Assembly (NCBI GenBank): GCA_039804105.1
Contig: JBDRZU010000002.1
Coordinates: 224,001 to 288,000, forward strand
DNA length: 64,000 nucleotides
From: a candidate division WOR-3 bacterium
GTDB lineage: Bacteria; Hydrothermota; 32-111
Reading direction: 5' to 3'
Below the pieces are notes generated by a model that was not told where the DNA came from, did no database searches, and worked only from the letters and a program-made list of their open reading frames with translations. Positions 30,268 to 39,300 of the stretch are shown here, piece after piece (position 1 is the first letter of the stretch; each line of letters begins with the position of its first letter). The translations under genes and the position numbers were made by a program.

Positions 30268-31308
30268 ATGCGTATAATCATTTTAACATTTTTTTTACTT
30301 TTGTGTGAAAATCTATCTGGCTATACTATTAAAAAAAGTGATCTCGTACTTTATTATGATACTCTGACATTACAACAAAAAGTTTCTCAACTTTTCATAG
30401 TTTACAGAAACGACCTTAACTTCACAGAAAATACACCCGGTGGAATTATCCCATCAAGAAACCTTTTAAAGAAGATATATTACAAAAAAATTCCCGTCAA
30501 CTCTTTAACAAAAAACTTTAAAGTTCCGCCTTTGATATGCATTGATCAGGAAGGGGGAAAGGTTGATAGATTATCATTCATAGAAAAAACTCCCTCTTTA
30601 AATTCGATTTTTCATGATTATGAAAGAAGAGAAATAATTATAAAAAATATGGTTTTAAACCAAAAAAGGTTAGGTATAAATTTAAATCTCTCACCTGTTC
30701 TTGATCTATCCTATCAACAAAAATCGATGATGCGAAGAACAGACCGAACGATTGTATCAACTGTTGATTCTATAAAAGAGTTCGTTGATTTATATATCTC
30801 TCTTCACAAAAGTATGAAAATATTAAACTGTGTAAAACATTTTCCAGGCTATGGAGAAACTTTCGATAATTCAGATGTAGTTATACCAAAATTTAAAGGT
30901 GATAAAGAACTGTTTGAGAAAAATATAAATCTATTTTACCATTTTTTTGATAAGGTTTCATTTGTGATGCTTTCAAACATAGTTTATCCATTTCTCGATA
31001 CTCTACCTGCTATAAGATCACAAAAAATAGTAGAACTTGTTCGAGATAAGAATAAAGATATTGTTATAATTGCTGATGATATAGCATCAAAATCAAACAA
31101 AAATCCATTTTTAGTTTTAAAAGAATCTTTTAAAAGTGGAGTCGATATGTTTATTCTCATGAACGATACTCTTTTTGAATATATGGTAGATTCACTTTCT
31201 TTTTGGATCTCAAATGGAGAGATTTCCAAAAAAGATATCGACGAAAAACTTTTCAGAATAATGTTGAAAAAAGAATATCTTTTTAATTTTATAAAAAACC
31301 GAAGTTAG
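30268..31308 (+). CDS. Glycoside hydrolase family 3 N-terminal domain protein (NagZ-like, atypical active site)
   Basis: LQQKVSQL, IDQEGG.V.R, NLSPVLD, KHFPG and IIADD motifs; signal peptide. Confidence 0.85.
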   Translation: MRIIILTFFLLLCENLSGYTIKKSDLVLYYDTLTLQQKVSQLFIVYRNDLNFTENTPGGIIPSRNLLKKIYYKKIPVNSLTKNFKVPPLICIDQEGGKVDRLSFIEKTPSLNSIFHDYERREIIIKNMVLNQKRLGINLNLSPVLDLSYQQKSMMRRTDRTIVSTVDSIKEFVDLYISLHKSMKILNCVKHFPGYGETFDNSDVVIPKFKGDKELFEKNINLFYHFFDKVSFVMLSNIVYPFLDTLPAIRSQKIVELVRDKNKDIVIIADDIASKSNKNPFLVLKESFKSGVDMFILMNDTLFEYMVDSLSFWISNGEISKKDIDEKLFRIMLKKEYLFNFIKNRS

Positions 31309-32006
31309 ATTCCAATTATCGAAACATTGTTTACAAACTGGGTCATTATATCTCTTGCTTTTTTTAACTCTTCAGGTTTGTAAGGTTTAATCATTTTAAA
31401 ATCATCATTTAAAGTTTTAATGTTTCTGAACTGCTGGATTATATATTTTTTTGCACCTGCGATTAAAACACCGATCTCCCTTATATCTTCGAGTGTTACA
31501 AGTTGTGGAACCATTGTAGTTCTGAATTCATAATCAATTTTGGAATTTAATAAGATATCAACAGAATTTTTTATCCTGTCAAAATCAAGGTTTATTCCAG
31601 AAGCAATTATATATTTTGAAGGAGATGTTTTTATATCCATAGCAACATAATCGACAAGATTTTTTGTTAAAATTTCTTCAAGAATTTTTGGAGTGTATCC
31701 GTTTGTATCAACCTTTATTGGAAGTTCAAACCTTTCCTTCAAATTTGCTATGAAATCAATAACATCTTTACTCATTAAAGGTTCACCACCTGTTATACTG
31801 ATACCTTCAATAAAATTTTTTCTCTCATCAAGAAGAGAAAACAATTTATTTTCATCTATCGTCTGTATGATATCAAAATCTTTTACAAGTTCAGGATTAT
31901 GACAGAAAGGGCACCTGAAATTACATCCAGCAAGAAAAATTGTGGATGAAACTTTCTCAGGGAAATCGAGTGTCGTTATCCCTTGAAACCCTTTTACAGT
32001 GACCAT
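31305..32006 (-). CDS. nrdG: Anaerobic ribonucleotide reductase activating radical-SAM enzyme
   Basis: GCNFRCPFCHNP, ITGGEP, DTNG, AMDIK and YEFRTT motifs; downstream of nrdD. Confidence 0.95.
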   Translation of the reverse strand: MVTVKGFQGITTLDFPEKVSSTIFLAGCNFRCPFCHNPELVKDFDIIQTIDENKLFSLLDERKNFIEGISITGGEPLMSKDVIDFIANLKERFELPIKVDTNGYTPKILEEILTKNLVDYVAMDIKTSPSKYIIASGINLDFDRIKNSVDILLNSKIDYEFRTTMVPQLVTLEDIREIGVLIAGAKKYIIQQFRNIKTLNDDFKMIKPYKPEELKKARDIMTQFVNNVSIIGI

Positions 32007-32017
32007 TTAAATAATTT

Positions 32018-32185
32018 TTAAAGTTTGAACTCTTTTCTATCTTTGAACTCTTCCCTTTTACCTTCATTCCAGTTGTTAACTGGTCTAAAATAACCAACTA
32101 TTCTACTGTAAATTTCTGTTGGAATCACTTTTACTTTTTTAACATCTTTTTCTTCACCTTTTAAAACAACTTTTACCTCTTCCAT
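32018..32185 (-). CDS. Stand-alone glycyl-radical segment of class III RNR (55 aa; not in the ORF track)
   Basis: Hand translation: MEEVKVVLKGEEKDVKKVKVIPTEIYSRIVGYFRPVNNWNEGKREEFKDRKEFKL*. AAGGAG SD just upstream of the ATG. Matches the NrdD C-terminal YSR.VGY.RP...WN.GK..EF.DR motif. Confidence 0.88.
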   Translation of the reverse strand: MEEVKVVLKGEEKDVKKVKVIPTEIYSRIVGYFRPVNNWNEGKREEFKDRKEFKL

Positions 32186-34297
32186 TTACTCTCCTTTTTC
32201 AACATATATTTCAACACCAAATTTTTCAAGTTCTTCAGTCGTATGATCATAGGGACAATAGTTGTGTTCTCCGGGAATATATCCATGAACAGGACATATA
32301 GAAAATGTTGGGGTTATGGTAAAATATGGTAGATGGAAATTTTCCGCTATCTTTTTCACAAGTTTTTTACAAGCATTTGAAGAATATATTCTTTCCCCAA
32401 TGAAACCATGCAACACTGTTCCGCCTGTATACTGACACTGAAGTTCATCCTGCAATTTTAATGCTTCAAAAAGATCATCTGTAAAACCAACTGGAAGTTG
32501 TGTAGAATTTGTATAATATGGAATATCTTTTCCTGCTGTTATGATATCCGGAAAACGTTTTTTGTCCTCTTTTGCAAGTCGGTATGATGTTCCCTCAGCC
32601 GGCGACGCTTCAAGGTTATACAGGTTTCCAGTTTCATCTGTAAATTTTTCAAGTTTTTCTCTCATAAATTTTAGAGTTTCAAGTGCAAACTCTCTTCCTT
32701 TACTTTGACCAATATTTTCTCCCATAAGCATTAAACATGCTTCATTCATTCCAACAAGTCCTATTGTAGAAAAATGGTTTGCCCAATATTTACCATTTGC
32801 TTTTTTTACCTCTTCAAGATAAACTTTAGAATATGGATAAAGATTTTCTTCTGTGAACTTTTCAAGAACTTTTCTTTTAATTTCAAGAGATTCTTTTGCT
32901 ATTTCCATCATCTTTTCAAGTTTTGAAAAAAATTCCACTTTATTTTTACTGTTATAAGCTATCCTTGGAATGTTTATCGTTACAACACCTACAGAACCAG
33001 TCATCGGATTTGCACCAAAAAGACCTCCACTTCTTTTTGGATGTTTTTCCTGTTTATGTTCCTGCACAAAATTCTTGTTTGAAAGTAGATTCAATTGAAT
33101 CTTTTCACTTCTTCTTTTTAACTCTCTGTTATCCAATCTCAACCTACAGCACATGCTCCTTGCATCTGATGGATCCATATCGGAATTAATGAAATTACTG
33201 AAATATGGTATACCATATTTTGCTGTCATCTCCCATATTTTTTCAAGATTTGGATTGTCCCAATCAAAATTTTTTGTTATGTTGTATGTTGGAATTGGAA
33301 ATGTAAAAATTCTACCCTTTGCGTCTCCTTCCATCATAACTTCGGCAAACGCTTTGTTGAACATATCCATTTCTTGCTGAAATTCTTTATATGTTTCATT
33401 CATCCTATTTCCACCGATTATCACTCTCTCATCCTTTAATGTTTCAGGACAGACAAGATCCATGGTTACATTTGTGAACGGTGTTTGAAATCCAACTCTT
33501 GTTGGAACATTAACATTGAAAACAAACTCCTGCATCGCCTGTTTTACTTCTTCATATGTTAATTCATCATACCTTATAAATGGAGCAAGATATGTATCAA
33601 AATTTGAAAATGCCTGTGCTCCCGCTGCCTCTCCCTGTAATGTATAAAAAAAGTTAACTATCTGTCCAAGAGCGGTTCTGAAATGTTTTGCTGGTTTTGA
33701 TTCTATTTTGCCTGAAACACCTCCTAAACCTTTAAGCAAAAGTAGTTCAAGATCCCATCCACAACAGTAAACTGAAAGCATTCCAAGATCATGTATATGT
33801 AAATCTCCCTCTCTGTGAGCATTTGCAACCTCTTTTGGATAAATTTTTTCAAGCCAATATGATGCCGAAATCGTTGAAGAGATATGGTTGTTAAGCCCCT
33901 GCAGAGAGTATGACATATTTGAATTTTCATTAACCCTCCAATCGATCCTTTCTATATACTCATCCATCAAATCGATACTATATTTCATCAACTCTTTACT
34001 CTTTCTTATCTGATTATGCTGCTCTCTGTAAAGTATATACGCTTTTGCGGTTTTAGCGTGTCCCGCTTCGATAAGCATCTTCTCAACAAGATCCTGCACA
34101 TTCTCGACTGTTGGAATCCTTCCATCTTTATACAGAACTTCAAGAACAGCAACTATCTGATTCGTTATCTTTTTGGCTGGCTCAATATCTGTTCCACCAA
34201 CAGCTTTCACCGCCTTAAAGATCGCTTCAGTTATTTTGTTTTCGTCAAATTTTTCCAGCCTACCATCTCTTTTTCTTATGTATTCAACCTTGGTCAC
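32186..34297 (-). CDS. nrdD: Anaerobic (class III) ribonucleoside-triphosphate reductase with ATP-cone, lacking the C-terminal Gly-radical loop
   Basis: ATP-cone (IRKRDG...VQDLVEK.L...TAKAYILYR), HIHDL, MCCRL, PAEGTSYRLA, YTGGT and TPTFSICPVHG motifs. Likely GTG start at 34297 after GGAGG. Confidence 0.95.
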   Translation of the reverse strand: MTKVEYIRKRDGRLEKFDENKITEAIFKAVKAVGGTDIEPAKKITNQIVAVLEVLYKDGRIPTVENVQDLVEKMLIEAGHAKTAKAYILYREQHNQIRKSKELMKYSIDLMDEYIERIDWRVNENSNMSYSLQGLNNHISSTISASYWLEKIYPKEVANAHREGDLHIHDLGMLSVYCCGWDLELLLLKGLGGVSGKIESKPAKHFRTALGQIVNFFYTLQGEAAGAQAFSNFDTYLAPFIRYDELTYEEVKQAMQEFVFNVNVPTRVGFQTPFTNVTMDLVCPETLKDERVIIGGNRMNETYKEFQQEMDMFNKAFAEVMMEGDAKGRIFTFPIPTYNITKNFDWDNPNLEKIWEMTAKYGIPYFSNFINSDMDPSDARSMCCRLRLDNRELKRRSEKIQLNLLSNKNFVQEHKQEKHPKRSGGLFGANPMTGSVGVVTINIPRIAYNSKNKVEFFSKLEKMMEIAKESLEIKRKVLEKFTEENLYPYSKVYLEEVKKANGKYWANHFSTIGLVGMNEACLMLMGENIGQSKGREFALETLKFMREKLEKFTDETGNLYNLEASPAEGTSYRLAKEDKKRFPDIITAGKDIPYYTNSTQLPVGFTDDLFEALKLQDELQCQYTGGTVLHGFIGERIYSSNACKKLVKKIAENFHLPYFTITPTFSICPVHGYIPGEHNYCPYDHTTEELEKFGVEIYVEKGE

Positions 34298-34321
34298 CCA
34301 TTCCTCCATTTTTTTCAAAAA

Positions 34322-34349
34322 ATATTATCACTCACTTGAAAAATGTCAA
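34322..34349 (-). promoter_or_regulatory. nrdD promoter
   Basis: TTGACA (34349-34344)-16 nt-TAATAT with a TGn extension. Confidence 0.55.
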
Positions 34350-34355
34350 TAGACC

Positions 34356-34371
34356 CCACAAAATATAGTGG
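34356..34371. promoter_or_regulatory. NrdR box 1
   Basis: ccaCaAaATaTaGtgg fits the acaCwAtATaTwGtgt consensus; just upstream of the nrdD -35. Confidence 0.8.
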
Positions 34372-34387
34372 GGTCTTATTTTGTAAA

Positions 34388-34403
34388 ATACAATATGTTG
34401 AAA
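34388..34403. promoter_or_regulatory. NrdR box 2
   Basis: ataCaAtATgTtGaaa, 32 bp from box 1, the typical tandem spacing. Confidence 0.75.
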
Positions 34404-34426
34404 AATAACAGAACTTAAGGTTTTAA

Positions 34427-35383
34427 TTATTTTACAAACATTTCAGCAACCTTAAGAGGTATTTCATAGCTCAAAGAATCAACCAATGTAAGTTCTGAAA
34501 AATCAACAAGATACAATTTTCCAACATTTGTTGAAACAACCACTTTTCCTTTGAAATATTCAATATCTGAAGGTGATGGAATTTCAAGAGTTTTTATCAG
34601 GTTTAAATCCGTATCAAGAATGTATAACTTATTGAATATATCAGTTAAAAATAGTTTATCCTCAATAACTTTAATTTTTCCAAGAAAATTATCAAACTCT
34701 AAAGAATCAACATCAACACCATCTTTTACCTTTTTGATTTTACCTTTTATATCGTTATAGTTACCAACAAGAGAGACATAGATTTGATCGTTCTCATCAA
34801 GATCAAGGTAGGAAGGATTTGAACCTTTTGCAAGATCGGTTTCAACATTTTGAAAATCTTCAGATATTTTATAGATATGCCCATTCAAAGAGGTATTGTT
34901 CGATCCCACATATAAAAATCCATCTCTATAAACAACCTCCTGTGGTGCTGTAACTGATAATGAATCAACTATCAAAAAATTTTCTTTTTCTATTTTTAAA
35001 ATAGAATTCGAAAGCCAATCGGTAACAAAAATATAATTTTGATTACCTTCAATGTATGCAGGTGAACTCAAATCTCCCCTTTCGATCTGTGAAATTTTGT
35101 TTCCAGAAAGATCAAACTTTTCGATCGTTGGTGTTCCACCAAAACCTGAATTTGTAATGTAAATGTTTTTATCGTCAACATATATGTCTGTAGGTGCTGA
35201 ACCCGTTATCAAAAGTGGGGTTATTTGAAGCTGAAACAGAGAATCCACCGTATAAACCGATTCCTTTTCCCAATCAAGAATATAGATTGAACTTTCTACT
35301 TTTTCATTTTTAAACAGAGAACAGGAAATACTTAACAACAAAATCAATAAAACAGATAGAACAGCAAAAACTTTTTTCATCAT
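34427..35383 (-). CDS. YncE/BtuG-like beta-propeller lipoprotein
   Basis: Lipobox LSISC; propeller repeats (GSAPTDI....NIYITNSG, IFVTDW, LYVGS); co-oriented with the riboswitch-controlled receptor. Confidence 0.75.
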   Translation of the reverse strand: MMKKVFAVLSVLLILLLSISCSLFKNEKVESSIYILDWEKESVYTVDSLFQLQITPLLITGSAPTDIYVDDKNIYITNSGFGGTPTIEKFDLSGNKISQIERGDLSSPAYIEGNQNYIFVTDWLSNSILKIEKENFLIVDSLSVTAPQEVVYRDGFLYVGSNNTSLNGHIYKISEDFQNVETDLAKGSNPSYLDLDENDQIYVSLVGNYNDIKGKIKKVKDGVDVDSLEFDNFLGKIKVIEDKLFLTDIFNKLYILDTDLNLIKTLEIPSPSDIEYFKGKVVVSTNVGKLYLVDFSELTLVDSLSYEIPLKVAEMFVK

Positions 35384-37266
35384 ACCTCCATTTTGAAGTT
35401 TAAAGAGAATTTTCTTCCTTCCTTAATATAACCTCTCACACTCTCAATTTTCAAATCGAACGGATTATCAATCGAAAGTGTAACATACAAACTCTTCAAT
35501 CTGTAATCCAAACTCACTTCATCAAAACAAAAATAGGGGGGTAAATATTTTGTGTTTTCATTGTTTAAAAACCTTTTCGATCGATATTCAAAATAAAGAG
35601 AAAAAATTAAATTCTTAAACTCATAACTCAAAGAATAGTTCAAGTTTATAAAAGATGTGTATAAAAGTATCTTGAATCTGTCCAGATACATTGGAGATAT
35701 TGTGAAGACGAGAGAGTTGTTAAAATTCAATATATTTTTGTTGTATTGAAAACCTATGTAAGGATTATAAGTTTTTAAAATGTTTTCTGGAGTATAAATT
35801 CCATTTATGTTTATCCATCTTATAAGGTCCTTGTAAAAGTTGAATCCACCCCAAAATTTTTTATCCTCTTTTGAAAAAGCAAAATGGTATGAATAAAGTT
35901 TTTCGTTTACAAGTTTTTCATTCCCTCGAGTAAAAATATCTCCAGTCCAGTAAAGTTCATTGAATGTCGGCCTTCTGGTTGAGATTTTCAAGGAGTGTGT
36001 TACAAGATATTCATTAAAATTGAACATTTTTAAAATCGAAAAACTGTATACAAAATTATTTTTAAAATTATCTTTTTTCCATGTAGATGAGATCGAAAAT
36101 GAATTCGAAATTTCAAAAGATTTTATAACAAAATTTGAAAAGATTCCGTAAAAAAATTCATTTGAAAATAAAACTTTCGTTGATACTATCGAGTTATTTT
36201 GAAAAAATAATCCAAAATCATTTTTCAGATCATTATAATTCACAATTATATTATTAGAACTTGTTTTTGAAGTATCATAAATTATCAGATCTTTATTATC
36301 GTAAATATAAGTGTATAGGTTATGTGAATAGAGTATTTTTAGGTTTTTTGCGGTTAAAAATTTAAAGTTTATAATTCTATTTTTTTCATAAATTGTTGAG
36401 TTATAAAATCTATGTCCCAAAATTCCAGGATCCCCTGTTTTGATTTTACCATCGATCATTAAAGTTGAAAAAAAGTTGTTATTAAAATAAAGATAATTCA
36501 AATACCCTTTCTGATAGGAGTTCAAAATTTTTTCTCTTTCAGGGATAACCATATCACTTTTATCAAAAGTTTCGTTTCCAATTTTTAACCCTTTGAATGA
36601 TAGAGTTAAATCAACATCATAAGATTTTTTGTCATCAAAATTAATATTAACTTTTGATCTATCAAGTTTCTCTATCTCAAAATTTATTCCCGATGAAAAA
36701 ATATTTTCACCATAGAAATTTGATATGCCATTTTTATAAAAACTGATAGTTGAAAAAATATTTTTTGGTAAAAGGTTTATTGGGACCGTTCTTGACTGCT
36801 GGTTAACGATTGGAACTCCATCAACACAAATCTGGTTATCTTCATTTAAGAGTCCATCAACAGAAATCACATAGTTTCTGTTGTACTCTCTTATAGTTAC
36901 AGAAGGAATTTTTTTTATAATAGAAACTGGATTTTTATTTTTTGTTTCCAATTTTAAAACTTCACCGTTTATCCTCTCTTTTTCGATTACAAGCGGTTTA
37001 TATGTAAAAGGTTCAATTTCAAGATAGATCCTTAAAGTTTCTTCTAAGACTTTAAATGTTAAAGATCTGTATCCTAACGAGGAAACTGTTATTTCTTTTC
37101 CTTTTTCTATTTCGAATGGAGTTTTTGTTTGATAAGGTTTATTATCAGAAGATACTGTAACATAATATATTTTTTCACCACTATTTTTGTCATAAACATA
37201 TACATAAGATGAAAATGATTTCATCAGGGAGAAAAAGATAAAGATAAATATAGCACACTTTTTCAT
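35380..37266 (-). CDS. TonB-dependent receptor, probable cobalamin transporter (BtuB-like)
   Basis: Start MKKCAIF at 37266; plug-like 'ISVDG......I.VDGVPI'; barrel motifs 'RRPTFNELYW...GN..L..E', 'DLIRW', 'IDNPFD...GY...GR.F'; sits under a B12 riboswitch. Confidence 0.8.
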   Translation of the reverse strand: MKKCAIFIFIFFSLMKSFSSYVYVYDKNSGEKIYYVTVSSDNKPYQTKTPFEIEKGKEITVSSLGYRSLTFKVLEETLRIYLEIEPFTYKPLVIEKERINGEVLKLETKNKNPVSIIKKIPSVTIREYNRNYVISVDGLLNEDNQICVDGVPIVNQQSRTVPINLLPKNIFSTISFYKNGISNFYGENIFSSGINFEIEKLDRSKVNINFDDKKSYDVDLTLSFKGLKIGNETFDKSDMVIPEREKILNSYQKGYLNYLYFNNNFFSTLMIDGKIKTGDPGILGHRFYNSTIYEKNRIINFKFLTAKNLKILYSHNLYTYIYDNKDLIIYDTSKTSSNNIIVNYNDLKNDFGLFFQNNSIVSTKVLFSNEFFYGIFSNFVIKSFEISNSFSISSTWKKDNFKNNFVYSFSILKMFNFNEYLVTHSLKISTRRPTFNELYWTGDIFTRGNEKLVNEKLYSYHFAFSKEDKKFWGGFNFYKDLIRWININGIYTPENILKTYNPYIGFQYNKNILNFNNSLVFTISPMYLDRFKILLYTSFINLNYSLSYEFKNLIFSLYFEYRSKRFLNNENTKYLPPYFCFDEVSLDYRLKSLYVTLSIDNPFDLKIESVRGYIKEGRKFSLNFKMEV

Positions 37267-37311
37267 CAATCCATCCTTGTAAGGACGGACCCTGTCATAG
37301 CAGGTTCCGAA

Positions 37312-37457
37312 CATCAGGCAGGTTTCCTGGCTTGCGGCTTAAACCTCCTGCCACCTTCCCCGGAATGGGTGGTATTAGGCATTCGTATCCGCTTACAGTT
37401 GCTTGACAGCAGTGGATTTTCACCACTTTCCCTTTTACCTCAAAAGAGCACCTGACA
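37312..37457 (-). ncRNA. Cobalamin (B12) riboswitch
   Basis: Minus strand AGGTG...AAAGGGAA..GGTGAAAATCC.C.GC.G.C..GCAACTGTAA...CCAC...GGGAAGG...AAGCCAGGAAACCTGCC (B12 box). A downstream CCGTCCTT/AAGGATGG hairpin covers the SD. Confidence 0.93.
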
Positions 37458-37521
37458 GATAAGCATTATATACAATGAAAAAATTTGTCAACATCTTTCA
37501 ACTTTTACAACCAATTTAATA

Positions 37522-37549
37522 TTGACAATTTGTTTATTCTTTATATACT
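37522..37549 (+). promoter_or_regulatory. rpsP operon promoter
   Basis: TTGACA-16 nt-TATACT, then AGGAGG SD. Confidence 0.65.
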
Positions 37550-37584
37550 ATAAAATTCTAAAAAAACAAAACCCATAGGAGGTT

Positions 37585-37863
37585 ATGATGGTTAACATAC
37601 ATTTAAAAAGAATTGGGAAAAACAAAACTTCCTGTTACAGGATTGTTGTTGCTGATTCAAGATTTCCAAGAGATGGCAGATTTATCGATTGTATCGGTTC
37701 ATATGATCCTAAAGGAAAAAATCTTTCAAAACTTGATCTTATGAAATACGATGCATGGATAAAAAAGGGAGCAAAGCCAACCAAAAGAGTTCAAATGATA
37801 GTTAAACTCTATAGAGAGAATAAACTTGAAGGAAAGGTAGAGAAAGATGAAATCACTTCTTGA
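37585..37863 (+). CDS. rpsP: 30S ribosomal protein S16
   Basis: YRIVVADSR.PRDGRFI..IG.YDP and W...GA.PT motifs. Confidence 0.97.
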   Translation: MMVNIHLKRIGKNKTSCYRIVVADSRFPRDGRFIDCIGSYDPKGKNLSKLDLMKYDAWIKKGAKPTKRVQMIVKLYRENKLEGKVEKDEITS

Positions 37864-38077
37864 GTATATAGTAAAATCACTTGTTGATAAACCTGATAAA
37901 GTGAAAATACATGTGTGTGAAGGTCAGAAGACAACACTTTATGAAATCGAAATAGATAAAGAGGATGTTGGAAAAGTTATAGGAAAAGATGGAGCAACAC
38001 TTGAAGCGATCAACACTTTGGTGTCAGTTTCATCTGTAAAAAATAATAGAAAATCCGTTATCGAAATCATTGATTGA
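37847..38077 (+). CDS. khpA: KH-domain RNA-binding protein (KhpA/YlqC)
   Basis: LVDKPD and DVGKVIGKDG; position between rpsP and rimM. Confidence 0.9.
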   Translation: MKSLLEYIVKSLVDKPDKVKIHVCEGQKTTLYEIEIDKEDVGKVIGKDGATLEAINTLVSVSSVKNNRKSVIEIID

Positions 38078-38078
38078 T

Positions 38079-38567
38079 ATGTTGTTTAAAGTTGGGAAAA
38101 TATTAAAACCACATGGATTAAAAGGAAATTTGAAGATCCATTTTTATGATAAGGATCGTGAATTGCAGATTCCTGAATTTTTTTATATCAACGGTGAAAA
38201 ATTTTTTGTAGAAAGTGCTGGAAGGATTGGATCAAATTTTATAATCAAATTTAAAGGAATAGATGACAGAACAGGTGCAGAAAAATTACAGAACCTTTAC
38301 GTTGAGGTTGAAGAAAAAGATCTCGTAAAATTGAAAAAGAATCAGTACCATTCACATGAAATAGTCGGTTCAAAAATTTTTTCTAAAGATGGCTGTGAGA
38401 TAGGAAAAGTCGTCAACATAATCTTTCTTGAAAATGGAGATGTACTCGAAGTTGAAGTAAAAGGAAAAAAGGAGACGATTCTTTTTAAAAAAGATTTTTT
38501 TTCACAAATAGATCCTGAAAATAAAATTTTAAAATTAAAATACGAAGAAGATTTCTATGCGTTTTAG
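38079..38567 (+). CDS. rimM: 16S rRNA processing protein RimM
   Basis: VGKILKPHGLKG, KFKGIDDR..AE.L and PRC-barrel end. Confidence 0.93.
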   Translation: MLFKVGKILKPHGLKGNLKIHFYDKDRELQIPEFFYINGEKFFVESAGRIGSNFIIKFKGIDDRTGAEKLQNLYVEVEEKDLVKLKKNQYHSHEIVGSKIFSKDGCEIGKVVNIIFLENGDVLEVEVKGKKETILFKKDFFSQIDPENKILKLKYEEDFYAF

Positions 38568-39300
38568 TATTATAACTCTTTTTGGAGAGTTGATAAAACC
38601 GTTCTTTGAAACATCTTTATTGAAAAGGGCAATAGAAAAAAAACTTATCTCCATTGAAATAATAAATCTAAGAGATTTTGGAATTGGAAAACATAAAAAG
38701 GTTGATGATTATCCATACGGTTTATCTTCTGGAATGATACTCATGTGTGAACCGCTCAAAAAAGCTCTCGACTCAATCGATGGGGATAACAAATATGTTG
38801 TTTTGACTTCTCCTTCAGGTGTTCTTTTAAATCAGGAAATCGTTGAAAAAAATCTAGCTAAGAAAGATCATCTCGTTATAATAGCTGGAAGATATAAGGG
38901 AATAGATCAGCGATTCATTGATAAGTATGTTGATCTTGAAATATCCATAGGTGATTATATACTTCAAGGTGGAGAAATTCCAGCTTTGATAATAGTTGAA
39001 ACAGTTAGCAGATTCGTTAATGGCTTTTTACATTCTATCGATTCTGCAGAGAATGACTCATTTTCAAAAGGTTTTCTTGATTCGCCTAAATATACAAGAC
39101 CAAAGGTCTTTGAAGGTATGGAGGTCCCTGAAATATTACTTTCTGGAAACCATAAAAAGATAGAAGAGTATGAAGAATACCAATCTTTGAAACTCACATA
39201 TAAAAGAAGAAAAGATCTATTAAAAAATAAGGACTTGACAAAGAGACAAAAAGAAATTATAAATAAATTAAAATTGGAGGAAAAGAATGGCAAAACTTAA
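38557..39300 (+). CDS. trmD: tRNA (guanine37-N1)-methyltransferase
   Basis: [30 protein letters not shown] and VP.ILLSGNH motifs. Confidence 0.97.
   Translation: MRFSIITLFGELIKPFFETSLLKRAIEKKLISIEIINLRDFGIGKHKKVDDYPYGLSSGMILMCEPLKKALDSIDGDNKYVVLTSPSGVLLNQEIVEKNLAKKDHLVIIAGRYKGIDQRFIDKYVDLEISIGDYILQGGEIPALIIVETVSRFVNGFLHSIDSAENDSFSKGFLDSPKYTRPKVFEGMEVPEILLSGNHKKIEEYEEYQSLKLTYKRRKDLLKNKDLTKRQKEIINKLKLEEKNGKT

Noticed and set aside
32183..32188. Selenocysteine or pyrrolysine recoding joining nrdD to the small ORF
   Set aside because: The stop is TAA, not TGA or TAG, and the downstream ORF has its own SD and ATG.
33028..33113. Intein or intron in nrdD
   Set aside because: Only 26 codons, no terminal His-Asn, and the frame is uninterrupted.
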